Assembly: GCF_006345805.1 (NCBI RefSeq)
Contig: NW_021836248.1
Coordinates: forward strand, 1 to 24,821
From: Octopus sinensis
Taxonomy: Eukaryota
DNA length: 24,821 bases
Reading direction: 5' to 3'
Both the position numbers and the translations under genes were made by a program. Numbering within the stretch: the first letter of the stretch is position 1; every line of letters begins with the position of its first letter. The notes under the pieces were generated by a model. That model made no database searches. It had not been told where the DNA came from and saw only the letters and a program-made list of their open reading frames with translations. Positions 1 through 10,839 of the stretch are shown in pieces.

Positions 1-1
1 T

Positions 2-285
2 AGGCTAGCTTGAGAGGTTAAGCGGTTGTGGTCGCTGAGAAAGGTGGCAGCAGTACCAATAATTGTCAAAGCCCTGTGGACAGTGAGTAAAAATCTTGAG
101 AAGTACATGGAACAAATAGGGGCTCCAATAAGAATGGAGCACTTGCAGAAAACAGCACTGCTTGGAACCGTTCTAATACTCCGGATGCTGTTCGAGAAAT
201 AAGGGATGTTACGTTAGTTCAGTTGATACTGTAGTACATCTCCAGCGTTAGAACTTGTGCAAGGACAATAAAATAACAATAAAAT
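2..285 (+). mobile_element. 3' end of an RLE-type non-LTR retrotransposon (R4/Dong-like): ORF C-terminus, 3' UTR and AAT-rich tail; inactivated
   Basis: Frame +2 (2-202) reads RLA*EVKRLWSLRKVAAVPIIVKALWTVSKNLEKYMEQIGAPIRMEHLQKTALLGTVLILRMLFEK*. This matches the VVP(I/V)(I/V)GALG...LQK(T/A)ALLGTARILR C-terminus of restriction-like endonuclease non-LTR ORFs. TGA at 11-13 is a likely TGG>TGA change. The stop at 200-202 is followed by an AAT-rich tail at about 266-285. Confidence 0.8.
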
Positions 286-287
286 CA

Positions 288-665
288 ACCCCAAGAGCAC
301 TCAGAGAACGCAAACATCTGTCAAGGCAATACCAGCGTCCTCTTAACGATTAGGCAGAGAGGATTTTTAATATAAGACTTTCTAAAATAAACTCGACTGC
401 TCTCACGAACGAGAATACTAAAAATGAATCCGATCGCCCTGAATAGTTCAGTAAAAAAAAACCCTGAAAGATATTCAACAATCCTTGTCCGGTACCGGAT
501 CGATCCCCAAATCTAATCAGTTTGTGCTAATCACGAGGCCAAACTTCCTTGAGAGTGTCATCTGAATCCACCCAGCGGTTCTTGGGATATCTTGTCCACG
601 GACAAACACATAAAACAAAGACGAGTGAAAACAATACCTCCGCCTTTGCTAAGGCGGAGGTAATA
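288..665 (-). mobile_element. Non-autonomous Helentron-like (HINE/DINE-1-type) element
   Basis: Perfect 12-bp stem tacctccgcctt/aaggcggaggta (635-646/651-662) at one end. At the other end, a degenerate copy of the same subterminal motif (acatctgtcaagg, 314-326) followed by a short hairpin (297-311). No ORF. This is the HINE terminal layout. Confidence 0.6.
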
Positions 666-799
666 ATAGTAATGGCGACAGTCACGTTATAATACACTCC
701 GAACTCTTACAAACATGTACACTGGTCTGCTGCATGATAGAATAGAGAAAGGAGTGGTATGCTGCAACATATGTACACTGCAACTGGGTTCTTTGTACA

Positions 800-942
800 G
801 GGGTGGCTGTGTGGTAAGTAGCTTGCTTACCAGCCGCATGGTTCCGGGTTCATTTCCAATGCGTGGCACCTTGGGCAAGTGTCTTCTACTTGTAAGTGGA
901 TTTGGTAGACGGAAACTGAAAGAAGCCCGTCGTATATAGGTA

Positions 943-1006
<64 letters not shown>

Positions 1007-1243
1007 TGTGTGTGTGTGTATATGTTTGTGCGACTGTGTTTGTCCCCCGCAACATCGCATGACGACCGATGCTGGTGTGTATATGTCACCGTAACTTAGC
1101 GGTTCGGCAAAAGTGACAGTTAGAATAAGTACTAGGTTTCCTAAGAATAAGTCCTGTGGTCGATTTGCTTGACTAAAAGACGGTGCTCCAGAATGGCCGC
1201 AGTCAAATCACTGAAACAAGTAAAAGATTAAAAGAATAAAAGA
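800..1243 (+). mobile_element. SINE family A (tRNA-derived head, CORE-like segment, internal TA/TG microsatellite)
   Basis: A-box-like tggctgtgtggtaag, B-box-like gggttcatttcc, CORE-like ggcaccttgggcaagtgtcttctac, and 3' end gctccagaatggccgcagtcaaatcactgaaacaagtaaaaga. Homologous to five other copies in the window. Confidence 0.85.
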
Positions 1244-1546
1244 GATTATTAGTGTTTTAATGTTATATACCTACACTATACTAGACTAAAATTTAATAAA
1301 GTCCCTGTGTTTCGCAATTAGAAATTCTGCGAACTACCTACATACCATAATGTTGATGTGGACTTACGTTTGTGAGAAGAACTAAATAACATATTTTCCA
1401 AGTTGCAAAGGCAAGTTAACGTAAATTCGCCCAATTCTTGACCAATTTCCACATGACCATGAGGCGAAATAGTTCATTGTTTTGATTACAACTTGCAATA
1501 CATTACGTTTTCAAATGATAGTGCACGCGGACCATCTGGTGATTTG

Positions 1547-1550
<4 letters not shown>

Positions 1551-1595
<45 letters not shown>

Positions 1596-1623
1596 TATTT
1601 ATTTATTTATTTATATGTATGTG

Positions 1624-1655
<32 letters not shown>
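1551..1655. repeat. (TA)n compound microsatellite
   Basis: Direct inspection. Confidence 0.95.
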
Positions 1656-1656
1656 A

Positions 1657-1860
1657 AAGTTAATCCAAACATGAAAACACAAAGAGAAAACACCCACAAC
1701 ATGAGGACGTTGAACAAATATAGTATTATTGGACGCTCAGGAAGGAAGGGAAGAAGGAGGGCTCAACGTTTCGAACGGAGCTCGTCGTCAGAAACATAGG
1801 AAAAGGAAAGATCCAGAGAAGGGAAGACGGAGGAAAAAAATCGCCAACGGTACACACGGT
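1657..1860 (-). mobile_element. Penelope-like element terminal fragment carrying a hammerhead ribozyme motif
   Basis: Minus strand reads CTGACGA-c-GAGC-tcc-GTTC-GAAAC-gttgag...ctgagc-GTC. No ORF; flanked by TA microsatellites. A diverged homologue lies at about 3225-3378. Confidence 0.55.
1727..1797 (-). ncRNA. Type I hammerhead ribozyme-like motif
   Basis: CUGACGA 1791-1785; stem II GAGC/GUUC; GAAA 1772-1769; stem III ACGUUGAG/CUGAGCGU with 7 of 8 pairs; GUC cleavage triplet 1734-1732. Stem I is weak (4 bp after a U-C mismatch). Confidence 0.5.
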
Positions 1861-1988
1861 ATATACATATATATAGTTAAACTTTGTATATATATATATA
1901 TATATATCAAAACATACAGAAAGACAGATAGATAGATAGATATGTAACTATCTATTTCTTCTCTCTTTTTCAGTCTAAATATATATAG

Positions 1989-2030
<42 letters not shown>
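1861..2030. repeat. Compound (TA)n/(GATA)n/(GT)n microsatellites
   Basis: Direct inspection. Confidence 0.9.
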
Positions 2031-2034
<4 letters not shown>

Positions 2035-2338
2035 CTTAGCAAATGTATAGACTTGCGTTCATTCAAATTGAAACATAGAGCAACACACGAATGCAGACGC
2101 AGAAAGATGTTTGTCCTGTGACACAATGAGTCTGCTACAAATTTAATAACGCGTCTGCACTGGATTGTCTTGACTGCCAGACCATTCAATCACTTTAAAC
2201 AATTAATGCCACATTGCCAAGCACAGTTTACTTGCAATTCGATTAAACCACGAAATGAATTGATATATCTTTCAATACATCTTTTAACTGTTTATGTACT
2301 TTAAGCAAATTTCACCATGCATGGTGCAAACTTTCAAA

Positions 2339-2351
2339 TGTATATGTATAT

Positions 2352-2384
<33 letters not shown>

Positions 2385-2419
2385 TATATGGGTGTGTGTG
2401 TGTGTGTATGTATATATAT

Positions 2420-2463
<44 letters not shown>

Positions 2464-2613
2464 CATATTTATATATACATATATACATATATATATATAC
2501 ATGCATATATATATATATATATATATACATATATATACACACACACACACACACCAACACACACACACATATTATATATATATATATATATACAGAGAGA
2601 GATAAGGTGGGAT

Positions 2614-2672
<59 letters not shown>

Positions 2673-2677
2673 AAGGC

Positions 2678-2764
<87 letters not shown>
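2339..2764. repeat. Long compound microsatellite (TA/CATA/GT/CA) ending in about 145 bp of (GATA)n
   Basis: Direct inspection. Confidence 0.95.
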
Positions 2765-2765
<1 letters not shown>

Positions 2766-3224
2766 CTTTAAAATGTATTAACGTATTATGTACAACGGAA
2801 GCAATGAACTCAACAGATGGAAGAACTCAGCGCATGAAGATTTTATAACAAACTTATATTGCTTCAGAATTCAAAGCAATTACTAGAATGGTTTTTTTCC
2901 TGCCGTCTTTTTTTTTTTTGAATATTTCTAATACAAAGACTGGTGATTGTCCATTCCGAGACTTTGAAGTATTGAGTAAATTTTTCAGTGCTTCGTTTAC
3001 TACAACTACACACACTCTTTCTCGCCCAACCCTATACACATAAACATGCTTCCCTCTTGGTTTTCTCAGTACGTCGACATATGCCTATAAACGCATCAGG
3101 GCCACTCTCCTTACGTATTGCAACCCGTATTATCGCAATATCGCCTGATCATTCATCATCTTGCTCGCATCTTTAAATAATTTTTTCATTCCATCAATAT
3201 TTTTCTAATTCACTTTCTCCTTAT

Positions 3225-3378
3225 CTTTATCTTTTCTGTATGTTTTGCTTCTGATGAAGAACTAACCTCCGAAAAGTGTTGACGCTTTCTCAAATTTTTC
3301 AAAGTGTTAAACTAATAACACACTCTCTGTCCATCCCTGTTGCTTTCTTGTGTTTTATTGTTCTGCGTGTTCATGATA
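3225..3378 (+). mobile_element. Decayed Penelope-like terminal fragment
   Basis: CTGATGA at 3251-3257 and GAAA at 3271-3274, in a context resembling the reverse complement of 1657-1860 (tttt..tatgttt upstream; T-rich gtgtttt..catg downstream). Confidence 0.35.
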
Positions 3379-3459
3379 TATACATATATACGTACATACT
3401 CACACACATAAACACAGACACAAACACAAACACATATATATATACATATATATAATATA

Positions 3460-4123
3460 TAATACTAAGTAATTAAGGGTTTAGCAACGATTTGCCTCAC
3501 CACACACCGAATTTAGAAATAGCAGTCAAAGAGTTTTGGCTATTCTTTGTACTTAAAAGGGAGATCCCAGTAAAACCGCAGCACTTAAAAAGCAAACAAC
3601 GCAGGCAAATGAGAAAGAAATGACGACAATCATTCCATATTAAGTCACCTACGGACGTACGTTTCGGAATTAAGTCATAGCAGAGCATAACAATTAAATA
3701 ATTATGTCTTACCTGAATATTTTCCTCCTCGGCGTAAGCTCAAGCTCGCTCTGATACCATGAGTTGAGGTGATGTCTTCTAGTGCCTTCAAATTTAATAC
3801 ACAATTATTAATAATTGAGACGCAATTATTTATAATTGAAGAGTCCTACGCTGAGGAGGAAAATAGTAAGGTATGACATAATTATTCAATTTTTATGCTC
3901 TGCTATGACTTAATTCTGAAACGTACGTCCGTAGGTGACTTAATATGGAATGATTGTCGTCATTTCTTTCTCTTTTGCCTGCGTTGTTTGCTTTTTAAGT
4001 GCTGCGGTTTTACTGGGACCTCCCTTTTAAGTAGAAGGAATAGCCAAAACTCTTTGACTGCTATTTCTAAATTCGGTGTGTGGTGAGGCAAATCGTTGCT
4101 AAACCCTTAATTACTTAGTATTA
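3460..4123. mobile_element. Long-inverted-repeat (foldback/MITE-like) non-autonomous DNA element, 664 bp
   Basis: Arms 3460-3738 and 3845-4123 (about 279 bp each) are near-identical reverse complements around a spacer of about 106 bp. Both ends terminate in TA. The mirror-image ORFs 3497-3688(-) and 3895-4086(+) reflect the same symmetry. Confidence 0.8.
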
Positions 4124-4218
4124 CTTAAACATTCCTTGAATGGGGCTTTTACATGCCGAACTCTACTTGGTGAAATTAATGATTATTCCAAATTAATTAA
4201 TTTTACCCTTTATTATTG

Positions 4219-4250
4219 ATATATATATATTATATATATATATGTATATA

Positions 4251-4300
<50 letters not shown>
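4219..4300. repeat. (TA)n microsatellite
   Basis: Direct inspection. Confidence 0.95.
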
Positions 4301-4302
<2 letters not shown>

Positions 4303-4304
<2 letters not shown>

Positions 4305-4704
4305 GGAGTGACAGTGTGGTAAGTAGCTTGCTTACCAACCATGTGGTTCCGGGTTCAGTCCCACAGCTTGGTACCTTGGGCATGTGTCTTCTACTATAGC
4401 CTCCGGCCAACCAAAGTCTTGTGAGGGGACTTGGTAGACGAAAACAGAAAGAAGCCCGTCGTATATATGTATGTATATATATACATATATATATGTATGT
4501 GTGTATGTGTTTGTGTGTCTGTGTTTGTCCCCCCAGCATCGCTTGACAACCGATGCTGGTGTGTTTATGTCCCCGTCACATTAGCGATAGGATAAGTACT
4601 GGACTTACAAAAGAATACGTCCTGGGGTCGATTTGCTTGACTAAAAGGCGGTGCTCCAGCATGGCCGCAGTCAAATGACTGAAACAAGTAAAAGACTAAA
4701 AGAG
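4303..4704 (+). mobile_element. SINE family A
   Basis: Full head-to-tail homology with the 800-1243 copy. Confidence 0.85.
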
Positions 4705-5078
4705 TACATATACACAAACCAGTCGCAGAATCGTATAGAATCGACACCAACAACATAAAATATAGACGATTCATTAAATGTAAATCAATCTTCTGAACAC
4801 AAGCAGCGCATCAGTGGGCGATAGAGACACCATACTAACACGATAGAACTTGTTCAGTATAATTTGCGATCGGTAAACAGAATCTGAAACATTAATGAAT
4901 CGAGGCACTACACTCCCGGTGACTCCACTCTTCTATGAAACATTTTATAACAAATAGACCTTCAGTTAATACGTTCACAATATCAAATTGGGAAGCCTCT
5001 GTATCACCCACTTTCTCTCTCTGTATATATATCAGTGTGTTTGTGTGTGTGTATATAAGTGTATGTGTGTGTGAGAGA

Positions 5079-5487
5079 GAGCTGGCAAAAACGTGAGCAC
5101 GCCGGGCGAAATGCGTAGCCGTATTTCGTCTGCCGTTACGTTCTGGGTTCAAATTCCGCCGAGGTCGTCTTTGCCTTTCATCCCTTCGGGGTCGATAAAT
5201 TAAGTACTAGTTACGCACTGGGGTCGATGTAACCGACTTAATCCGCTTGTCTGTCCTTGTTTGTCCCCTCTGTGTTTAGCCCCTTGTGGGTAGTAAAGAA
5301 ATAGGTATTTTGTCTGCCGCTACGTTCTGAGCTCAAATTCCGCTGAGGTCGACTTTGCCTTTCATCCTTTCGGGGGTCGATGAATTAAGTACCAGTTACG
5401 CACTGGGGTCGATGTAACCGACTTAATCCGCTTGTCTGTCCTTGTTTGTCCCCTCTGTGTTTAGCCCCTTGTGAGTAGTAAAGAAAT
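5079..5487 (+). mobile_element. SINE family B, tandem dimer (near-full unit plus 5'-truncated unit)
   Basis: tRNA-like head (gagctggcaaaaacgtgagc...gggttcaaattcc), central ggtcgactttgcctttcatcctttcggggtcgat resembling the Deu/Nin SINE core domain, tail gtaaagaaatag. Second unit starts at 5305. Confidence 0.85.
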
Positions 5488-5524
5488 ATATATATGTGTG
5501 TGTGTGTGCATGTGTGTACACATA

Positions 5525-6065
5525 TACACATGAAGGTAAGCTTGGAAAACCGCACGCTATGAAGAAATAATGCTGGAGCTCTGAAATCTTACATGCATTA
5601 CATTCAACCTTTCTTATTAGTTACTGCATTATTCTTTAGATAAAATAATGTCTGAAGCGTTAAATATAACTAGTCGCGATTTCTCTTGAAAATGAGCAAA
5701 ATTTTTCATCGTGGTGTTATCAAAAACCATATGAAAATAGGTTTAGACCTCAAGGACATTCATGTTGACGTGGTTGTTACATTATTGAACGATGCTCCAG
5801 CTTTTAAATAGTACCGATGTACGCAGCTGAATTTAGGAGGAGAAAGGAGAGCCTTGAGGAAGCCCCAAAGCCTGGTCGTCCTACAACTGCCGCCACCAAG
5901 GAAAACATTGATTTTATTCATTATATGCTGATGGATGACAGGCGATTTACTATGAACCAAATAGCAAATGCTGTTAGCCTATCTCGTGAGAAAGTTGAGA
6001 ATATTGTGCCCAACGAACATGGCGTGACGAAGGTTTCTACTCGGTGGGTGCCATGCCTTCTGACA
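5525..6065 (+). mobile_element. Decayed mariner transposon, 5' half (TIR remnant plus transposase N-terminus to the WVP motif)
   Basis: ATG at 5692 gives MSKIFHRGVIKNHMKIGLDLKDIHVDVVVTLLNDAPAF. After a frameshift the reading continues AAEFRRRKESLEEAPKPGRPTT...DDRRFTMNQIANAVSLSREKVENIV...VSTRWVPCLLT. HTH region, GRP and WVPxL motifs of mariner transposases are present; the DD34D domain is absent. Confidence 0.85.
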
Positions 6066-6368
6066 AATATATTTCTGCTTCCTCTGATATTACGTGAGGA
6101 ATAAATTTGTACCCTAGAAGATGACGAAATTGTAGACAAGAACGTAAACCTATGCTTATAGAAAATATTGACAGGCTGCACTTTTAGCTAACGTCGACTT
6201 TTTTTGCATTTACTGATGGTTTCAACTGTGTTGTATAGCCTTTGTGTCATCTCTTAAGATCTATTTTGATTCGTACATGGTCCATTGTAATCTGTGTTTC
6301 CTACTTAGCATATAAATTGAATTTAATGATTCGCCAGTGTTTTTGATATAACTTATCATAACTCAAGT

Positions 6369-6755
6369 GGAGGCGCAATGGTCCAGTGGTTAGGGCAGCG
6401 GACTCGCGGTCATAGGATCGCAGTTTCGATTCCCAGACCGGGCGTTGTGAGTGTTTATTGAACGAAAACACCTAAAGCTCCACGAGGCTCCGGCAGGGAT
6501 GGTGGTGATCCCTGCTGTACTCTTTCACCACAACTTTCTCTCACTGTTACTTCCTGTTTCTGTTGTACCTGTATTTCAAAGGGCCGGCCTTGTCATTCTC
6601 TGTGTCACGCTGAATATCCCCGAAAACTACGTTAAGGGTACACGTGTCTGTGGAGTGCTCAGCCACTTACACGTTAATTTCACGAGCAGGCTGTTCCGTT
6701 GATTCGGATCAACCGGAACCCACATCGTCGTAACCGACGGAGTGCTTCCCTCCTC
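6369..6755 (+). mobile_element. SINE family C (tRNA-derived), full length with TSD
   Basis: A box tggtccagtggttagg, B box gtttcgattcc. 12-bp TSD cataactcaagt at 6357-6368 and 6756-6767. Confidence 0.9.
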
Positions 6756-7204
6756 CATAACTCAAGTGGCAATACTATACAATGCTGAACTGCTAAACTG
6801 ATTGTCCACCATTTTATTGATCCAGTAATTTGCGTTTTCATTACGACTACTGGATAAAATAAATTATTAATGAATGAACTGCAACTCATCTGATGAATGT
6901 GATAACGTGCACGATTTAGTGTAACTGGTTGCCTTGAGATAACGATTATTATATTATATTCAAAGCGGGTTCAATTCACATCTCCTTAACGAATTGAGAT
7001 GACTGTAATAAACAGAGAAATATGTATCCTTATGTTTAACGCTGTAGATTTTGTTGCTTAACCTTCTATCAATTATATTGGGTTAAAGTTTGAGAGGAGA
7101 TTGAGGGCTTTCTCATCATTTTAGAGTTATCAGTTCTCCGATGTCCGAATATCCGTCGAGTGCATCTTTATATAAGGCAGTATTTTGTGCTTTCAGTAAG
7201 ATAT

Positions 7205-7415
7205 CTCTTCACTCTTTTACTTGATTCAGTCATTTGACTGCGGCCATGCTGGAGCACCGCCTTTACTCGAGCAAATCGACCCCGGGACTTATTCTTTGTA
7301 AGCCTATAAGTACTTATTCTCTCGGTCTCTTTTGCCGAATCGCTAAGTGACGGAGACCTAAACACACCAGCATCGGTTGTCAAGCAATGCTAGGGGGACA
7401 AACACAGACACACAA

Positions 7416-7485
<70 letters not shown>

Positions 7486-7655
7486 ACATATATACGACAG
7501 GCTTCTTTCAGTTTCCGTCTACCAAATCCACTCACAAGGCATTGGTCGGCCCGGGGCTATAGCAGAAGACACTTGCCCAAGATGCCACGCAGTGGGACTG
7601 AACCCGGAACCATGTGGTTGGTAAGCAAGCTACTTACCACACAGCCACTCCTGCA
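7205..7655 (-). mobile_element. SINE family A
   Basis: Full homology on the minus strand; internal CA/TA array at about 7400-7492. Confidence 0.88.
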
Positions 7656-9364
7656 CCTATATAGTTGCTATTTCTTACAGTTTTTTGACTAAGCAGAGGT
7701 TTCCCATAACTAATATTTATTGATTGATTAAATTATAAACGAGGTAACGGAAAATCGAATTGCTTACGTATATCCAAGGTATATAAAACTGGTTTCTCAC
7801 ATAGTAATTATGTACACGTAATGAAAATATATATAATAAAACTTTTTAATCTGCGTGAACAGAAATCGGAAGACATTCGTTTATTTCCCCTTGACATGTC
7901 ATCTTAATGAAACTTGGACACGAACACACTACCAATAAATCTGGCGTCGCTGTCGTAGAGAATTCGTTCTTATTTCGTTACTGCATGTGTCCATTATGTC
8001 TCTCTGAAGTAGTATGCTCGATGTAAAATTAAAAGCGTATATAATCACACACCATAATTTACAGAGTAACAATTCAACCGTAACTAGAGACAGTAAACTG
8101 TTGACTTCGGCTTGTATCGATTTCAGTTCGTATCACAATTATTCAAGTGAAATGATGTAGCCTCTGTTACCAGCTGCTTTCAGCGCACACTTGACTCGAC
8201 TTGATCAAAACTGTTTATCGCTAGAGACTGTTCAGTGGTTTACAGGATGTTTCTGTCTTGGTATCATAGGCTTCGCTCTCGCCTCGGTACCAGAGTGGGA
8301 GAGAATCACATAGACAATAATTATTGCCTGACTAAATGAGTGCTTGCTTCCGATCTGGTTTGCAAGTACAAATCTATATTGGCTTAACTACCGATCCGTT
8401 AAATGTTTTATACTTAATTGCCTCTTTTAAAGGTAATTGTCCCGTTTCTCATTAAATACCGGTACAACTGCCAGAAAAACAGATGCGTACCTGAATATGC
8501 TTAATGGAAATAAGTTGAGTTTTTGTTTAGAATCCATTCAAGAGGGTCGCTTTTTTTCTCATTAAATGTTATTTACTTTAATGGCTAGATTCCAGTAGAG
8601 TTTCAATATGGTTCAGGCTCTTGGATGTAAGTAATTCAATTTAATTTTATTTTCCAATTACTCTTGAAAAATAAGCGAATCGTTTACGTTCTTTTCACAA
8701 AAATCAGCAGTTTTGTCATTATATCAAAGAAAAGAACAAAACATGTGATTTATAAACTAAGCTTTATAACAAAGAGTAGTGTTTTTCTTTTTTGTTGGGT
8801 GAGGGTCAATGTTTATATTCAAGTCTTAGTATGGTAACTAGTTCTTTTGTAGAGCTAACAAAGACACATACATTTTTGCTCGAATAGTTAAATTTCCTTT
8901 AAATTACATATTTGTGTCTTTGAAAAATGAATAATATACACCACCAAGATACCTTATTACCGAAAAAAAAAATTGGAACGATCACAGCTGGAATGCTTAA
9001 CATCATCCCTCACTTAAAAGAGACAACGTTTATGATATTTACGAAAACAATTTTAGTACTGCGTCAATACCAAACAAACTTATAGTTTATCTCATATTTT
9101 GGTTGCGAAAAATCAATAAACATCTTAAACTGGTTCAGAAAGAACAGTGATTCGACGTAGAACCAAACGGAGAATTATCATTTTAATGGGAAAAAAATAT
9201 TGTAAATGATTTGCTTATTTCACAGTGTTTTTGCATCAAAAAAGAATTTAAATTATTCCGTCAAAGGATCTGAAACGCATACTAAACAATAATGAAACCT
9301 GGATAGCCAAGAATAACAATAATTTTTCATGAGTAGAAAGATCTTCTGAATGGATCTAATATAT

Positions 9365-9590
9365 CTATTTCTTTACTACCTTCAAGGGGCTAAAGACAGA
9401 GGGGGCAAACAAGGGCGGACAAACGGATTAAGTCGATTATGCGTAACTGGTACTTAATTTACCGACCCAAGAAAGGATGAAAGGCAAAGTCGACTTCGGC
9501 GGAATTTGAACTCAGAACGTAGCGACGGGCGAAATACCGCTCAGAATTTCGCCCGGCGACCTAACGATTCTGCCAGCTCGTCGCCTTTAT
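9365..9590 (-). mobile_element. SINE family B with TSD
   Basis: Reverse-complement homology to family B; flanked by gatctaatatat at 9353-9364 and 9592-9603. Confidence 0.88.
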
Positions 9591-9603
9591 TGATCTAATA
9601 TAT

Positions 9604-9961
9604 CGTCGTGGCACTCCGTCAGTAGCGACGACGATGGTTTCAGTTGATCTGATCAATGGAACAGCCTGCTTGTGAAATTAACGAGCTAGTGGCTGAGCAC
9701 TCCACAGACACATATACCCTTAACGTAGCTGTTGGGGAGATTCAGCGTGACATAGAGTATGACAAGTCTGGCCGTTTTTGAAATACAAGTACAACAGAAA
9801 CAGGAAGAAAGAGTGAGAGAAAGTTGTGGTGAAAGACTACAGCAGGTTTCGGCACCACTCTCTACGGAGCCACGTGAAGTTTTAGCTGTTTTCGTTAAAT
9901 AAACACTCACAACGCCCGGTCTGGGAATCGAAACCGCGAGCCTACGACCGCAGTCCTAACC
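9604..9961 (-). mobile_element. SINE family C (head slightly truncated) with TSD
   Basis: Reverse-complement homology to 6369-6755; flanked by gatctaatatat at 9592-9603 and 9962-9973. Confidence 0.88.
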
Positions 9962-9967
9962 GATCTA

Positions 9968-10010
<43 letters not shown>

Positions 10011-10033
10011 TACATATATATATATATATACAC

Positions 10034-10069
<36 letters not shown>

Positions 10070-10137
10070 ATATACATACATATATATGTACATACATACA
10101 TATACATACATACATATACATACATACATACATACAA

Positions 10138-10169
<32 letters not shown>

Positions 10170-10216
10170 TATACATACAGAGAGTGAGAGAGAGAAAGAA
10201 AGAGAGAAGACAAGAG
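9968..10216. repeat. Compound (TA)n/(CATA)n/(GA)n microsatellite
   Basis: Direct inspection. Confidence 0.95.
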
Positions 10217-10839
10217 AGAACACCTGCGTTACAGTTCTTTTCAAATTCTTGCTTAAGCCATTCTGCCACTTTACCTCGAATTCCAACATTCAAGTTCTCT
10301 ATGGGTAATTACAAAACCAACGTAAGAGACTCTTAATACACATGTTCGGTTCTCATTCTACCAACCAGAAAATAAATCCTGCTAGAACGAAGATATTAAT
10401 ATTCTTAACTAGTATATTGATAAAATGAATTGCTTGCTTACTTGAATTATGGAGTTAATTCTTCGTAATAATACATTTCTAATATATTTGCGTTAGAGTA
10501 GAAATGAATTCTTAAAAAGAATTACATAAAAAATAGTGTATTTTGTAATTTCGTTTTTTCTTATACGTGTATTAGCATAACTATACAGTGGGTGGTCTGC
10601 TCAGAAACTTGGCTTCTTTGTATTTTTTCCTCGTCATAATATCATAGTCATCGACCTCGTTGGTATTTCGATCACGCATTTTAAAAATTTCATTTGCTAT
10701 AGTTGCAGCTAAGAATTATAATGATCATTATTATTGATTCAAATTTATATGAGCAGTGTAATAGAAAGTTTCTGCGCAATTCTAACTAGGATTTATGCAT
10801 CTCACTTACATCGGAGTCGTATTATATTAGATATTCCAA

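Noticed and set aside
3851-3866. CTGAGGA...GAAA inside the inverted-repeat element as a hammerhead
   Set aside because: No room for stem II between the boxes.
3497-4086. Two near-identical 63-aa ORFs on opposite strands
   Set aside because: By-product of the inverted-repeat arms.
6369-6450. tRNA-like heads of the SINEs as real tRNA genes
   Set aside because: Only A/B boxes are retained; there is no complete cloverleaf, and each continues into a SINE body.
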